From contig CAVOYH010000003.1 of NCBI GenBank assembly GCA_963700635.1, positions 1,860,014 through 1,924,013 of the forward strand: DNA of 64,000 nt, read 5' to 3'. A program made the translations under genes and the position numbers. This document shows, piece by piece, positions 46,359 to 55,051 of this stretch; within the stretch, counting starts at the first letter, position 1; each line of letters opens with the position of its first letter. The stretch comes from an uncultured Bacteroidota bacterium (GTDB lineage Bacteria; Bacteroidota; Ignavibacteria; UBA10030; UBA6906). The notes beneath the pieces are model-generated. The model saw only the letters and a list, made by a program, of their open reading frames with translations, did not search any database and had not been told where the DNA came from.

Positions 46359-47804
46359 ATGGAGCGAACCCCCACCAACGCCATCAAGGGCGTCATCCGG
46401 CCCCATATTCTCGTGACCCTGGAACGGGAAGGTATTCCCGAACTTCGCCTCAAGTTCTACGACAGGTTCACGATTGGCAATGATCCCTCCTGCGACGTTG
46501 TTCTCACGGATACTGACGTCAGCCCACAGCACGCCGAAGTATGGTATGAGAAGGGCGGCTGGCATATCCGCGACCTCGGGAGCACCGGCGGCACATACCT
46601 CGAGGGAAAGCAGATCACGGAAGCGACGCTCGAAGGTGAGTCGCGCGTTTTGTTCGGCGTCGGAGGGCAGGTCCTTGCCCTGGATGTAAATGAGCTTCCC
46701 CACCATGTCGTGACACGCCAGCTCCGGCAGGTCTTCAAAGCTTCCGGCTATGTCCCGGTGACGTTGTATCGTACGGTTCTTCAACGCCTCATGCGGAGGA
46801 TGCTGCGCCTGCAGTCCCGCAAGTATGTGCGTATCATCGGTGCGCTTGCAGTTGTCTCCCTCCTGGCCGCCGGGTATGCATACATCAAGCACGAACAGGT
46901 GAGCAAACAAGAGGCGCTGGCCAGGGACGTCTTCTATGAGATGAAGGATTTCGAACTGACACTCTCGAGGCTGGAAGACCGGATCAGGACCAGAGGAGAT
47001 TCGCTCGGCGAAACGGAAATCGCAGCGTCACGGAATCGAATGCGTCAGCTGAACGAGAGCTACGACAAATACATCACCGAACTCGGTGTGTACCACGAAG
47101 GCATGGACGAGAAGGACCGGCTGATCTATCGCGTTGCACGGGTCTTCGGCGAATGCGAGCTGTCCATGCCCCGCGATTTCGCCGATGAGGTGAAGAAGTA
47201 TATCAAGATCTGGAAGTTGTCCAATCGGCTGCCCAGTGCCATCCGGCATGCTGAGGAGAAGGGATACCCCCTGCGAATTTCGTCGGCTCTCCTCACCCAG
47301 AACCTCCCCCCGCAATTCTTTTTCCTGGCGCTTCAGGAAAGCGAATTCGACAGCTCCGCGTGCGGTCCGGCGACGCGGTACGGCATTGCGAAAGGGATGT
47401 GGCAATTCATTCCGAGCACGGCGCTGCAATACGGGCTCCGCACGGGCCCGCTGGTGGCCCTTCCCAGAATGGATCCTCGGGACGAGCGTCACAAAGTCGA
47501 TCGCGCCAATGCAGCTGCAGCCCGGTATCTTCGCGACATCTACAGCGGCGAAGCCCAGGCCTCCGGATTGCTTGTCCTTGCATCCTACAACTGGGGACAC
47601 AACGCAGTCAAGTCCTTGATCCGCTCTCTCCCTGAAAATCCACGGGAACGGAACTTCTGGAAATTCCTTGAGACCTATCGAAAGCGGATCCCCAAAGAGA
47701 CGTACGACTATGTCTTTCTGATCTTCTCGGCCGCAGTGATCGCCGAAAACCCCGGGTTATTCGGTTTCTCCTTCATCAAGCCCGTTTTTGAAGGGGCATC
47801 CTGA
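46359..47804 (+). CDS. FHA domain - TM - lytic transglycosylase (SLT/MltD-like) fusion
   Basis: FHA: FTIG....CDV...VSPQHA...IRDLGSTGGTYL. One TM (IIGALAVVSLLAAGYAYI). SLT: LALQESEF, AKGMWQFIPSTA, LASYNWG, PKET.DYV. Confidence 0.88.
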   Translation: MERTPTNAIKGVIRPHILVTLEREGIPELRLKFYDRFTIGNDPSCDVVLTDTDVSPQHAEVWYEKGGWHIRDLGSTGGTYLEGKQITEATLEGESRVLFGVGGQVLALDVNELPHHVVTRQLRQVFKASGYVPVTLYRTVLQRLMRRMLRLQSRKYVRIIGALAVVSLLAAGYAYIKHEQVSKQEALARDVFYEMKDFELTLSRLEDRIRTRGDSLGETEIAASRNRMRQLNESYDKYITELGVYHEGMDEKDRLIYRVARVFGECELSMPRDFADEVKKYIKIWKLSNRLPSAIRHAEEKGYPLRISSALLTQNLPPQFFFLALQESEFDSSACGPATRYGIAKGMWQFIPSTALQYGLRTGPLVALPRMDPRDERHKVDRANAAAARYLRDIYSGEAQASGLLVLASYNWGHNAVKSLIRSLPENPRERNFWKFLETYRKRIPKETYDYVFLIFSAAVIAENPGLFGFSFIKPVFEGAS

Positions 47805-47846
47805 TTCGCTTGTCTTTCCCGTACTGAACCACGCTAAGAAAGCACC

Positions 47847-49349
47847 ATGACGGATATTCACCTCCTCGCGTTTGATTTCGGCGCAAGCAGCGGCCGGGCA
47901 ATCAGCGGGTCATTCGACGGTACCCGCCTGTCGGTTGCGACAGTTCACCAATTCTGCAACGCCGGGGTCGACCTCGGGGGGCACCTCTACTGGGACATCC
48001 TGCGGTTCATAGGGGAGATGGAGGATGGCATCCGCAAAGCGGCGAGGGATCTCGGACGGCCGCCATCGTGTCTTGGAATCGATACCTGGGGAGTGGATTA
48101 CGGACTCCTTGACCGGGACGGCGATCTTCTCGGAAATCCGTATCACTACCGTGACGTCCGGACAACGGGGATCGATGATGAGGCTTTTGCCCGGATGCCC
48201 CGGGAAGAAGTGTTCCGGCGGACGGGCCTGGCATTCCAGCCCTTCAACACACTGTTCCAACTCCTCGCAATGCGCCTGCAGAAACCGGAGATTCTGGACC
48301 GCGCCTCAACGCTGCTCATGATGCCCGACCTGCTTGCGTACCTGCTTACCGGCTCCATAGGAACAGAGTATACTGACGCAAGCACAACCCAGCTCCTTGA
48401 GGGTGGAACGCGACGCTGGAGTGGAGATATCCTTCGTGCGATGGACCTTCCCTCCTCGATCTTTACACAAATCGGCGAACCCGGGACGGTGCGAGGCACG
48501 CTGCGGGAGCAGGTCAGCCTTGCTGCGGGAATCCCGCAGATCCCCGTCATTGCCGTAGCAGGGCATGACACGGCATCCGCTGTCGTGGCAGTCCCCCTCC
48601 GCGGCCCGCACTCCGCATATCTGAGCAGCGGGACCTGGTCGCTCCTGGGGGTGGAAACCGATAGTCCCGTGCTCACGCCGGAAGTGCTGGAAGCGAATTT
48701 TACGAATGAAGGAGGGTTCGGGGGACGGTACCGGTTCCTCCACAACGTAATGGGATTGTGGATCGTGCAGGAATGCAAACGGGAATGGGAAGCGGGAGGC
48801 GATGCCGTCGGATATGATGAACTGGTCCGGCTCGCGGAACAAAGCCCGCCGCTCCGGATGGTGATTGATCCTGACGACACTTCATTCTACGCTCCCGGGG
48901 CCATGGAACACCGCGTTCGCGCGTACTGCAGGAAGACGGGCCAGCAGGAGCCTCAGACACATGGCGCCCTGGTGAGATGCGTCTATGAAAGTCTGGCGCT
49001 GAAATACCGATGGGTCGTGGAACGCCTGGAGAGCATCCTGGGGAGCACCATCACCGAACTTGTCATTGTGGGGGGCGGTGCACGAAACACCCTTCTGAAT
49101 CAGTGCACGGCGAATGCGTTGAACCTGCCTGTCATAGCAGGACCGTCCGAGGCGACGGCGGTCGGCAATCTACTCGTGCAGTTGTTTTCCCTGGGGGAGG
49201 TCAGTGATCTGCAGCAGATGCGGGCAATCGTGCGCGCGTCCTTTCCAGAACAGGAATTCCGGCCGTCTGGGGGGCAGCTATGGGAGGATGCCTACGAGCG
49301 GTTCCTTCGCCTGACGGAATTGCACAGGACGACCCCGGGAAGGTCCTGA
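47847..49349 (+). CDS. rhaB: Rhamnulokinase (FGGY family)
   Basis: AFDFGASSGR, GIDTWGVDYGLL, YRD.RT, GHDTASAV, YLSSGTWSL and FTNEGG motifs. Confidence 0.85.
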   Translation: MTDIHLLAFDFGASSGRAISGSFDGTRLSVATVHQFCNAGVDLGGHLYWDILRFIGEMEDGIRKAARDLGRPPSCLGIDTWGVDYGLLDRDGDLLGNPYHYRDVRTTGIDDEAFARMPREEVFRRTGLAFQPFNTLFQLLAMRLQKPEILDRASTLLMMPDLLAYLLTGSIGTEYTDASTTQLLEGGTRRWSGDILRAMDLPSSIFTQIGEPGTVRGTLREQVSLAAGIPQIPVIAVAGHDTASAVVAVPLRGPHSAYLSSGTWSLLGVETDSPVLTPEVLEANFTNEGGFGGRYRFLHNVMGLWIVQECKREWEAGGDAVGYDELVRLAEQSPPLRMVIDPDDTSFYAPGAMEHRVRAYCRKTGQQEPQTHGALVRCVYESLALKYRWVVERLESILGSTITELVIVGGGARNTLLNQCTANALNLPVIAGPSEATAVGNLLVQLFSLGEVSDLQQMRAIVRASFPEQEFRPSGGQLWEDAYERFLRLTELHRTTPGRS

Positions 49350-49545
49350 CTCCCCCCTCATTTCCGGTTTCTCATCCTCCTCGTCGGTGAGTCTCCCCAG
49401 TGATGCCAGGGCGGAAACCTCCCCGCCGGCGAATCGCTCTACGCACCACCCGGTGCTTCCGATGTGTGATCATGCGGTTCGGCACAGCAATCCTTCCGCC
49501 GAAGGGCGTATCTTGAACCTGATCATACACTCCGGGAGACCTGCT

Positions 49546-49701
49546 GTGGGGATAGTGTCGTACATTGTGGTGGGGCTCGTTGTCTACACTGCCTGCGTTG
49601 CCTTCTTCATCAGGCTTATGGGGCTTCTGCGGGACAGGGACGGAGTCGTTCTCCGGAGAGAGGGAGCCGGGCACATTCCCCAGCACAACGATCTCTTCTG
49701 A
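49546..49701 (+). CDS. Putative small single-pass membrane protein (51 aa)
   Basis: GGGAG RBS, then GTG 49546. Hydrophobic IVSYIVVGLVVYTACVAFFIRLMGLL followed by a charged tail. Confidence 0.45.
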   Translation: MGIVSYIVVGLVVYTACVAFFIRLMGLLRDRDGVVLRREGAGHIPQHNDLF

Positions 49702-49715
49702 GCGATGAAGCAGCC

Positions 49716-51608
49716 CTAGCGGACCAACAGCATTTTTTCTGAGTACGATGCCGCGCCGGCCGTAAGGCGGTAGAGGTACACTCCGCTGGCGAGTTTTCCC
49801 CCATCGAAACGCACCGCGTGCTCGCCGCGGTCAAGAGTGCCGTCGAGCACCACCGCAATCCTCTCCCCAAGTGCCGAAAACACCTCGAGGCGCACGCTTC
49901 CTGGCTGTGCCATTGAGAAGGAAATTGTCGTCGAAGGGTTGAACGGATTCGGATAGTTTTGACGCAAGAGCACCGCGGTCGGGATACCGGTCGGCCGGGA
50001 GGTCACCGTGGCAAAAACGGCAGTCCCGACAACAGGCAGATCCACGTAGGAGGGGGTCGACGAATCCATGAGGAGGGATGTGACGCTTCCGGCAAAATAC
50101 GGGATGATGTCGGCACGGTTCCCGTCGTACATGTCAAGAGAGGTGAGTTCGATGCCGATGCGATGGTGAGGGGGGAGCAGGTGGGAGAGAGCCTGACACT
50201 CGATGTCGCGTGACGCTGTCGTTCCTGGTATGTTGCTCAGCTCGCCGAAATGGCCACGTGTGATGAGTCTCCAGACCTCTCCGGTGTCGGCCATGGCAAC
50301 ATCGAAAAGGCGCACATGCGCCTGGAACCGAAGCTGCCCGGAGCGAAGTTCGAGGTGTGCCGTCGGGATTCCGGTGACCTCAAGAGTATCGTCAAGAAGG
50401 GGAGAACGGAAACGGACCGTGGTGTATTGAAAAGCGTTCTGGAAAGCCGGACCGCTGTAGTCGTCGTTCCATCCCATGGTGCCGGTGTAGGTGGGGTCAT
50501 ACGTCAGTGTGAACTCCGCGGCGGAGGATGTGGAGGGAGGGGAGAAGCGTAACTCCGGTTCCGCGAAGTAGAGCCTGAACGTCTGGTGTGGCTGGGGAGG
50601 CCATCCGATCGTCTGATGATGGGGCCACCCGGGTCTGTCATCGGCGTACACTACCAGCGGCTGGTCCGACTGAGGGAGTGGAATGTCCTTGAGCCAGCGG
50701 TCAAACCAGTTCTTCATAAAATCGATAAGAGAAAGGTACTCGCCCAGGTTGAGGGGTTCGCCGTGTCCGTTGGTTCCAAGATAGGTCCAGACAGGAATGC
50801 CGCGGCTGGAGAGACGGTTGACGGCTCGTATCGGGCCATTGCAGGGGAAGAGCACGTCAGCCCAGCCTGCCGATTGGACTACCGGGATCCGTACACTGTC
50901 GAGAAGATGTTCGAGGTCCCGGGACTCCGCGAATGCGCGTACGCTGTCGTACTGCTCGGTGATTACAAAATCCCTCACCCGATCACGCAGCGGATCATAC
51001 CGGACACTGCCGAGGGATAGTTCGAACTGCATCTGCTGTTTAATGCAGTTCTCGGGAAGAAGATCGAGGGAAAAGGAGGGGGGGCCGACGATTGTTGCGG
51101 CGGCTGCCACGCCGGGGATATTGTCCGTTGCAGCCATCCAGGCATGGATGCCTCCCTGTGACCCGCCGACGACGCCGATCCTCTCAGGGTCGATGAGCGG
51201 AATCGTCCGGAGAAAGGCGACAACGGCTCGGAGGTCTTCTTTCTCCCGGGGGCCCATGGTGGTTGACAGTCCCCCGGAACTCCCCTGTCCCCGCACGCTG
51301 TATGCGAGGCTTGCATATGCAAACGTCGCGAGGTACGAACCCACGATTTCCATATCCTGCCGCTTTCCTCCATACCCGTGGATCAGAATCAGGCCGGGAT
51401 ACCCGGTGGGAGGGGGAGCGGTCTGCGGGTAGGTTACGCTGGCGTCGAGCATGACCCCGTCGTTCATGGTGATCAGAGTATCGATCGTTGTCTGCCCCGG
51501 GCTGGCGAGTGGTGAACCCACAACCAGAAATGCAGTGAGGGTAGTGATCAATGCTGAGTGCAGACTCCCTTTCGGGACCCGATGTGCACGATGAGAACTG
51601 TTTTTCAT
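49716..51608 (-). CDS. CocE/NonD (peptidase S15) family hydrolase with T9SS CTD
   Basis: DGV.LDA, HGYGG, RGQGSSGG and GGSQGG nucleophile. PepX_C-like domain. QNYPNPFNPSTTI...LASGVYLYRL CTD. Confidence 0.88.
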   Translation of the reverse strand: MKNSSHRAHRVPKGSLHSALITTLTAFLVVGSPLASPGQTTIDTLITMNDGVMLDASVTYPQTAPPPTGYPGLILIHGYGGKRQDMEIVGSYLATFAYASLAYSVRGQGSSGGLSTTMGPREKEDLRAVVAFLRTIPLIDPERIGVVGGSQGGIHAWMAATDNIPGVAAAATIVGPPSFSLDLLPENCIKQQMQFELSLGSVRYDPLRDRVRDFVITEQYDSVRAFAESRDLEHLLDSVRIPVVQSAGWADVLFPCNGPIRAVNRLSSRGIPVWTYLGTNGHGEPLNLGEYLSLIDFMKNWFDRWLKDIPLPQSDQPLVVYADDRPGWPHHQTIGWPPQPHQTFRLYFAEPELRFSPPSTSSAAEFTLTYDPTYTGTMGWNDDYSGPAFQNAFQYTTVRFRSPLLDDTLEVTGIPTAHLELRSGQLRFQAHVRLFDVAMADTGEVWRLITRGHFGELSNIPGTTASRDIECQALSHLLPPHHRIGIELTSLDMYDGNRADIIPYFAGSVTSLLMDSSTPSYVDLPVVGTAVFATVTSRPTGIPTAVLLRQNYPNPFNPSTTISFSMAQPGSVRLEVFSALGERIAVVLDGTLDRGEHAVRFDGGKLASGVYLYRLTAGAASYSEKMLLVR

Positions 51609-51830
51609 TGGTGATTTCCAGGGTCAGGATGGGACGGTGGAGAGAAGCTCTTCTTCAATCTATGGCCGATGCGAGAGAAAGTCAATGTTCAGGAAGCCGG
51701 TCAGATTCTCACGAAAATCTATCAGAAAAGGAGTTTGTGATCGCAAGAATACCACATTCACCGTATTGCTTCTCAGGCCCCTACAATCTACCTTTCGCCA
51801 CCACTATAATAGATACGGCATGCCCATTTC

Positions 51831-52799
51831 ATGCACATCAACATCCTTGCACCCGTCCACGGGTTCGGCCTTCGCCGATCCACGACCATCCTTTCCAGGG
51901 CGCTTCGTGAGGCAGGATGTGATGTAGACGTCACCGCATTCAGAGCAACGGCGGCATCCCGGACGGTGCGTATGGCGACGAAGCTGTTCAGTGCCGTTGC
52001 ACATCGCCCATTGTACGATGTGAACATCTTCATCGAATCGGTGGACCCGAGCTGGTTCCGGCTTGCCCGCGTCAATTGTTTCCTTCCGAACCAGGAGTGG
52101 GTCCGGCCCGAGACGGTCCCGTATCTCCGGCAGTTTGATACGGTTCTCTGCAAGACCAGGCTCGCTGAGAGGATCTTCACGCAGCTTGGTTACCCCACCC
52201 GGTTCATAGGATTCACAAGCAACGATCAGCTCGACCCGCGCTCGCTGCATGATTATCATGCATTCATTCACATTGCCGGTTCGAGCATGTTGAAGGGGAC
52301 GCACGTTCTCCATCAGACATGGGAGCGGCATCCCGAGTGGCCGATGCTGAGGATCTTCTGGCATGCGCAGGGCGTCGTTCCGGTTCAGGCCGCGAACATC
52401 AACTGGATAGCCGCATCCGTCGATGAACAAATCCTGCGCCGGTTTCAGAACAGCCATGCCGTTCATTTCTGCTTTTCAGAAGTTGAAGGGTTCGGGCATT
52501 ACATTGTTGAGGCGATGAGCTGCCGGGCTCTGGTGCTGACCACGGACGCCCCCCCGATGAACGAGCTGGTGACCCCCGATCGCGGCATTCTCGTGCCGTT
52601 TGCATCGGAGATCCCAATGCGTCTGGGGACGAAGTTCATTGTCGACCCCGGAGCGATCGAGGCCGCTGTGGGGCGGCTTCTGGGGATGGGTATCGAAAGC
52701 AGGCGGGTGATGGGCGAACGGGCGCGTGAGTGGTATCTTCAGAATGACCGTGCGTTTCGGGAACGCATTGCCGGGGTGATAGCCGGCTGTTCTCATTGA
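51831..52799 (+). CDS. Glycosyltransferase (GT-B, GT4-like)
   Basis: KGT and SEVEGFGHYIVEAMS...TDAPPMNELV motifs. Confidence 0.85.
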   Translation: MHINILAPVHGFGLRRSTTILSRALREAGCDVDVTAFRATAASRTVRMATKLFSAVAHRPLYDVNIFIESVDPSWFRLARVNCFLPNQEWVRPETVPYLRQFDTVLCKTRLAERIFTQLGYPTRFIGFTSNDQLDPRSLHDYHAFIHIAGSSMLKGTHVLHQTWERHPEWPMLRIFWHAQGVVPVQAANINWIAASVDEQILRRFQNSHAVHFCFSEVEGFGHYIVEAMSCRALVLTTDAPPMNELVTPDRGILVPFASEIPMRLGTKFIVDPGAIEAAVGRLLGMGIESRRVMGERAREWYLQNDRAFRERIAGVIAGCSH

Positions 52800-52870
52800 G
52801 GCGCGGCTGCCCGGGGAGAGTCTGTCCTCGCACATCCCGCCTCGCTCTGCTCTGCGGGAGTCTTGAAACG

Positions 52871-52922
52871 AAAACGAAGTTAGCTGTGCCCGCGTTGCGG
52901 GCTTGCTAACTTCGGTCGTTTT
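52871..52922. terminator. Probable bidirectional intrinsic terminator between the GT gene and the tRNA pair
   Basis: CGAAGTTAGC/GCTAACTTCG outer stem and GCCCGC/GCGGGC inner stem, flanked by AAAA and TTTT. Confidence 0.7.
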
Positions 52923-52927
52923 GGGAG

Positions 52928-53000
52928 TAGCCTTAACGGGAATCGAACCCGTATTTCAGCCTTGAGAGGGCTGCGTCCTAAACCGTTAGACGATAAGGCC
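52928..53000 (-). tRNA. tRNA-Glu (CTC)
   Basis: GGCCTTA acceptor stem, CAGCC-CT-CTC-AA-GGCTG anticodon arm, GGTTCGATTCC T-arm. CCA not encoded. Confidence 0.96.
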
Positions 53001-53005
53001 GGCTG

Positions 53006-53076
53006 CTGCCCCGCAAGGATTCGAACCTCGATAAGCAGATCCAGAGTCTGCTGTCTTGCCATTAGACGACGGGGCA
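53006..53076 (-). tRNA. tRNA-Gln (CTG)
   Basis: TGCCCCG acceptor stem, GCAGA-CT-CTG-GA-TCTGC anticodon arm, GGTTCGAATCC T-arm. CCA not encoded. Confidence 0.96.
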
Positions 53077-53094
53077 ATCGCAAAAAGCAAACCC

Positions 53095-53123
53095 AATTTA
53101 CTCAATTCCACCGAAAGTGTCAA
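53095..53123 (-). promoter_or_regulatory. Sigma70 promoter of the tRNA-Gln/tRNA-Glu operon
   Basis: Minus strand TTGACA-17 bp-TAAATT. Confidence 0.75.
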
Positions 53124-53149
53124 CGGGTCCAGGCTGCAGGGTCGTTTCG

Positions 53150-53178
53150 TTGCTTTTCTTCACCCCATGCTCTATCTT
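53150..53178 (+). promoter_or_regulatory. Putative sigma70 promoter
   Basis: TTGCTT-17 bp-TATCTT upstream of 53227. Confidence 0.5.
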
Positions 53179-53226
53179 GCATATCCACGCCGCGGTGATG
53201 GAATTCGCACACATACAATTGGCTGC

Positions 53227-54042
53227 ATGAAATCGACTCTCGTTCTTGTCCTTGTGCTCATCTCACTTCTCCCCGCCCGGGCGCAAACGGACGGCGACTC
53301 GACCCTCTCGGTCCATGTGTTTCCCGGCAGCAAGATCTTTCGCCCCTTCACCGCAGACGCCTTGAGCCACAACATTTCCCTTTCCCGCCTCATCGACAAC
53401 CGGGATTGGATCGGGACGATCGGGGCTTCGGTTCCCCTGGTGACCGTCAAACCGCCGGGTGAGGTGACGTTCCAGCTGTCTATCGCGGTTTCGGTCTTCA
53501 ATAGACTGATCAAGCCGCCGGGACTCACCGTGTATACGATTGACTACAAGGTTGACTTCCCGCTCGATCTCCGGATCCACGCACTGGCCCTCCGTTTCGC
53601 CTACGGCCATTACAGCTGCCACTTCGTGGACGATGGGATCGAGATCATCGGGAAGCGCTCGATCCAGTCGGTGAAAGACCACCTCTGGATGGGCGCGGCC
53701 TATGACATACGTTCCCTGGGCGGGCACGTGTATGCGGCAGGTTTCTATTTCTTCAACAACTCTCCCGTGCGGAGTGCCCACTGGCAGTTTCAGGGAGGAG
53801 TCGAAGCGGGGAATATCGAAGTGACGGATTTTGCCAGGATCTATGCAGCGATTGACCTGAAGTTCAAGCAGGAGGTACACTGGGGCTCCACCCGGAGCTT
53901 TCAGGTGGGGCTTCGTCTCTTCCCGCACGCAAGCCAGAGCCTGCGCGTGGCCTATACCCTCCGACAGGGATACGACGAGCGCGGGCAGTTTTTTGATCGC
54001 ACCGAGGAGGCAAACATGATTTCGCTCTTTGTCGACCTATGA
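53227..54042 (+). CDS. DUF1207-like outer-membrane protein
   Basis: Signal peptide from ATG 53227. FRPFTAD and GHYSCHFVDD resemble the DUF1207 H-S-H-x-D motif. Confidence 0.55.
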   Translation: MKSTLVLVLVLISLLPARAQTDGDSTLSVHVFPGSKIFRPFTADALSHNISLSRLIDNRDWIGTIGASVPLVTVKPPGEVTFQLSIAVSVFNRLIKPPGLTVYTIDYKVDFPLDLRIHALALRFAYGHYSCHFVDDGIEIIGKRSIQSVKDHLWMGAAYDIRSLGGHVYAAGFYFFNNSPVRSAHWQFQGGVEAGNIEVTDFARIYAAIDLKFKQEVHWGSTRSFQVGLRLFPHASQSLRVAYTLRQGYDERGQFFDRTEEANMISLFVDL

Positions 54043-54902
54043 CAAAGACTCTGAGAACGTGCGGTGTCGTCGTCATTCTCCTCTGTGCATGGAGCACGAT
54101 GCATGCTTCGGATTCCACGGCTGTTGTTGTCGCCGACAGGGGAGAGCCCTCATCCGTTCGCAAGATTGTCTCGATCGGACTCGTGGGGGGAAGCTTCGTC
54201 CTTTCAAATATCTGGGCGTTCGATGAATGGTGGAAAGGGAACGCGAGTCCATTTCACCTCCTGAAAGAAGGGTGGTTCGACGATTACTCCCTCGGCATCG
54301 ATAAACTTGGCCATTTCTATACGTCGTATTTCTACTTTCGCTTGTTCCACAACATCCTCCTCTGGGGCGAACACGATGCGGACGATGCGTACTGGTGGGC
54401 GGCGGGGACATCCGCCCTGTTCGCCGTCGGGGTGGAAATCGGTGACGGCTTCACGAAGTACGGATTCTCCTATGAGGACCTCTCGGCGAATCTTCTCGGG
54501 TTAGGCTATGCCATGCTTCAGGCAAGGACTCCGGTCCTGCAGAATTTCACATTCAAATGGAGTTACATTCCGGCCCCGGGAACCACTTCAGCCGCCCGGT
54601 TTGCCCGCCATTACGACTATCATACATACTGGATCGCGGTCAACGTGCACGAATTGTTGCCCGAGTCGATGAAGGAGTACTGGCCGGAGTTTCTCCAGAT
54701 CGCAGCGGGTTACAGTGTTGCCGACGGTCAGACCCGGCGGGAAGCGGTGATCGGTCTTGATTTCAATCTGGAAGTATTCCGGATATCCAATCCGGAGTTG
54801 CAGCTCGTTCAGAAGACGGCAAACATGCTGCACGTTCCGGCACCCGGGATCAAGTTCGGGCAACAGCGAACGCCCCAGTACCAGCTCTTCTACACCCACT
54901 AG
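54039..54902 (+). CDS. DUF2279 / YfiM-like protein
   Basis: IDKLGHFY..Y, EIGDGF, FSYEDL.AN..G and YDY.TYW motifs. Confidence 0.75.
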   Translation: MTKTLRTCGVVVILLCAWSTMHASDSTAVVVADRGEPSSVRKIVSIGLVGGSFVLSNIWAFDEWWKGNASPFHLLKEGWFDDYSLGIDKLGHFYTSYFYFRLFHNILLWGEHDADDAYWWAAGTSALFAVGVEIGDGFTKYGFSYEDLSANLLGLGYAMLQARTPVLQNFTFKWSYIPAPGTTSAARFARHYDYHTYWIAVNVHELLPESMKEYWPEFLQIAAGYSVADGQTRREAVIGLDFNLEVFRISNPELQLVQKTANMLHVPAPGIKFGQQRTPQYQLFYTH

Positions 54903-54980
54903 TCCGATTGAAGTATTTGTGTCTTGGGGCCCTGCTTTCGTCGTTTTCCCGGTATTCCGCTTCCCCCGTGCGTGCCTTTC

Positions 54981-55009
54981 TTGACTTTCCCGCGCAAATG
55001 CCCTAAGTT
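54981..55009 (+). promoter_or_regulatory. Putative sigma70 promoter of the OmpA-family gene
   Basis: TTGACT-17 bp-TAAGTT. GGAGG RBS downstream. Confidence 0.6.
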
Positions 55010-55051
55010 CATGCACGTTCTTCTTTATTTCTTTGAGCAGGAGGCTCATCC

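Noticed and set aside
49350-49545. Possible cobalamin riboswitch (GGAGACCTGC resembles the B12-box 3' end)
   Set aside because: The upstream conserved elements (GGGAA..GGTG.AA.TCC, GCCCCCGC.ACTGT, GCCACTG) are absent. The GGAG is better explained as an RBS.
52800-53000. tRNA-Glu 3' end as an island integration site
   Set aside because: No integrase, no duplicated tRNA 3' end found by eye, and no clear compositional shift.
52880-53226. Short ORFs and the N-terminal extension of ORF 53056 over the tRNAs
   Set aside because: They overlap two confident tRNA genes and their promoter. The CDS start is better placed at 53227.
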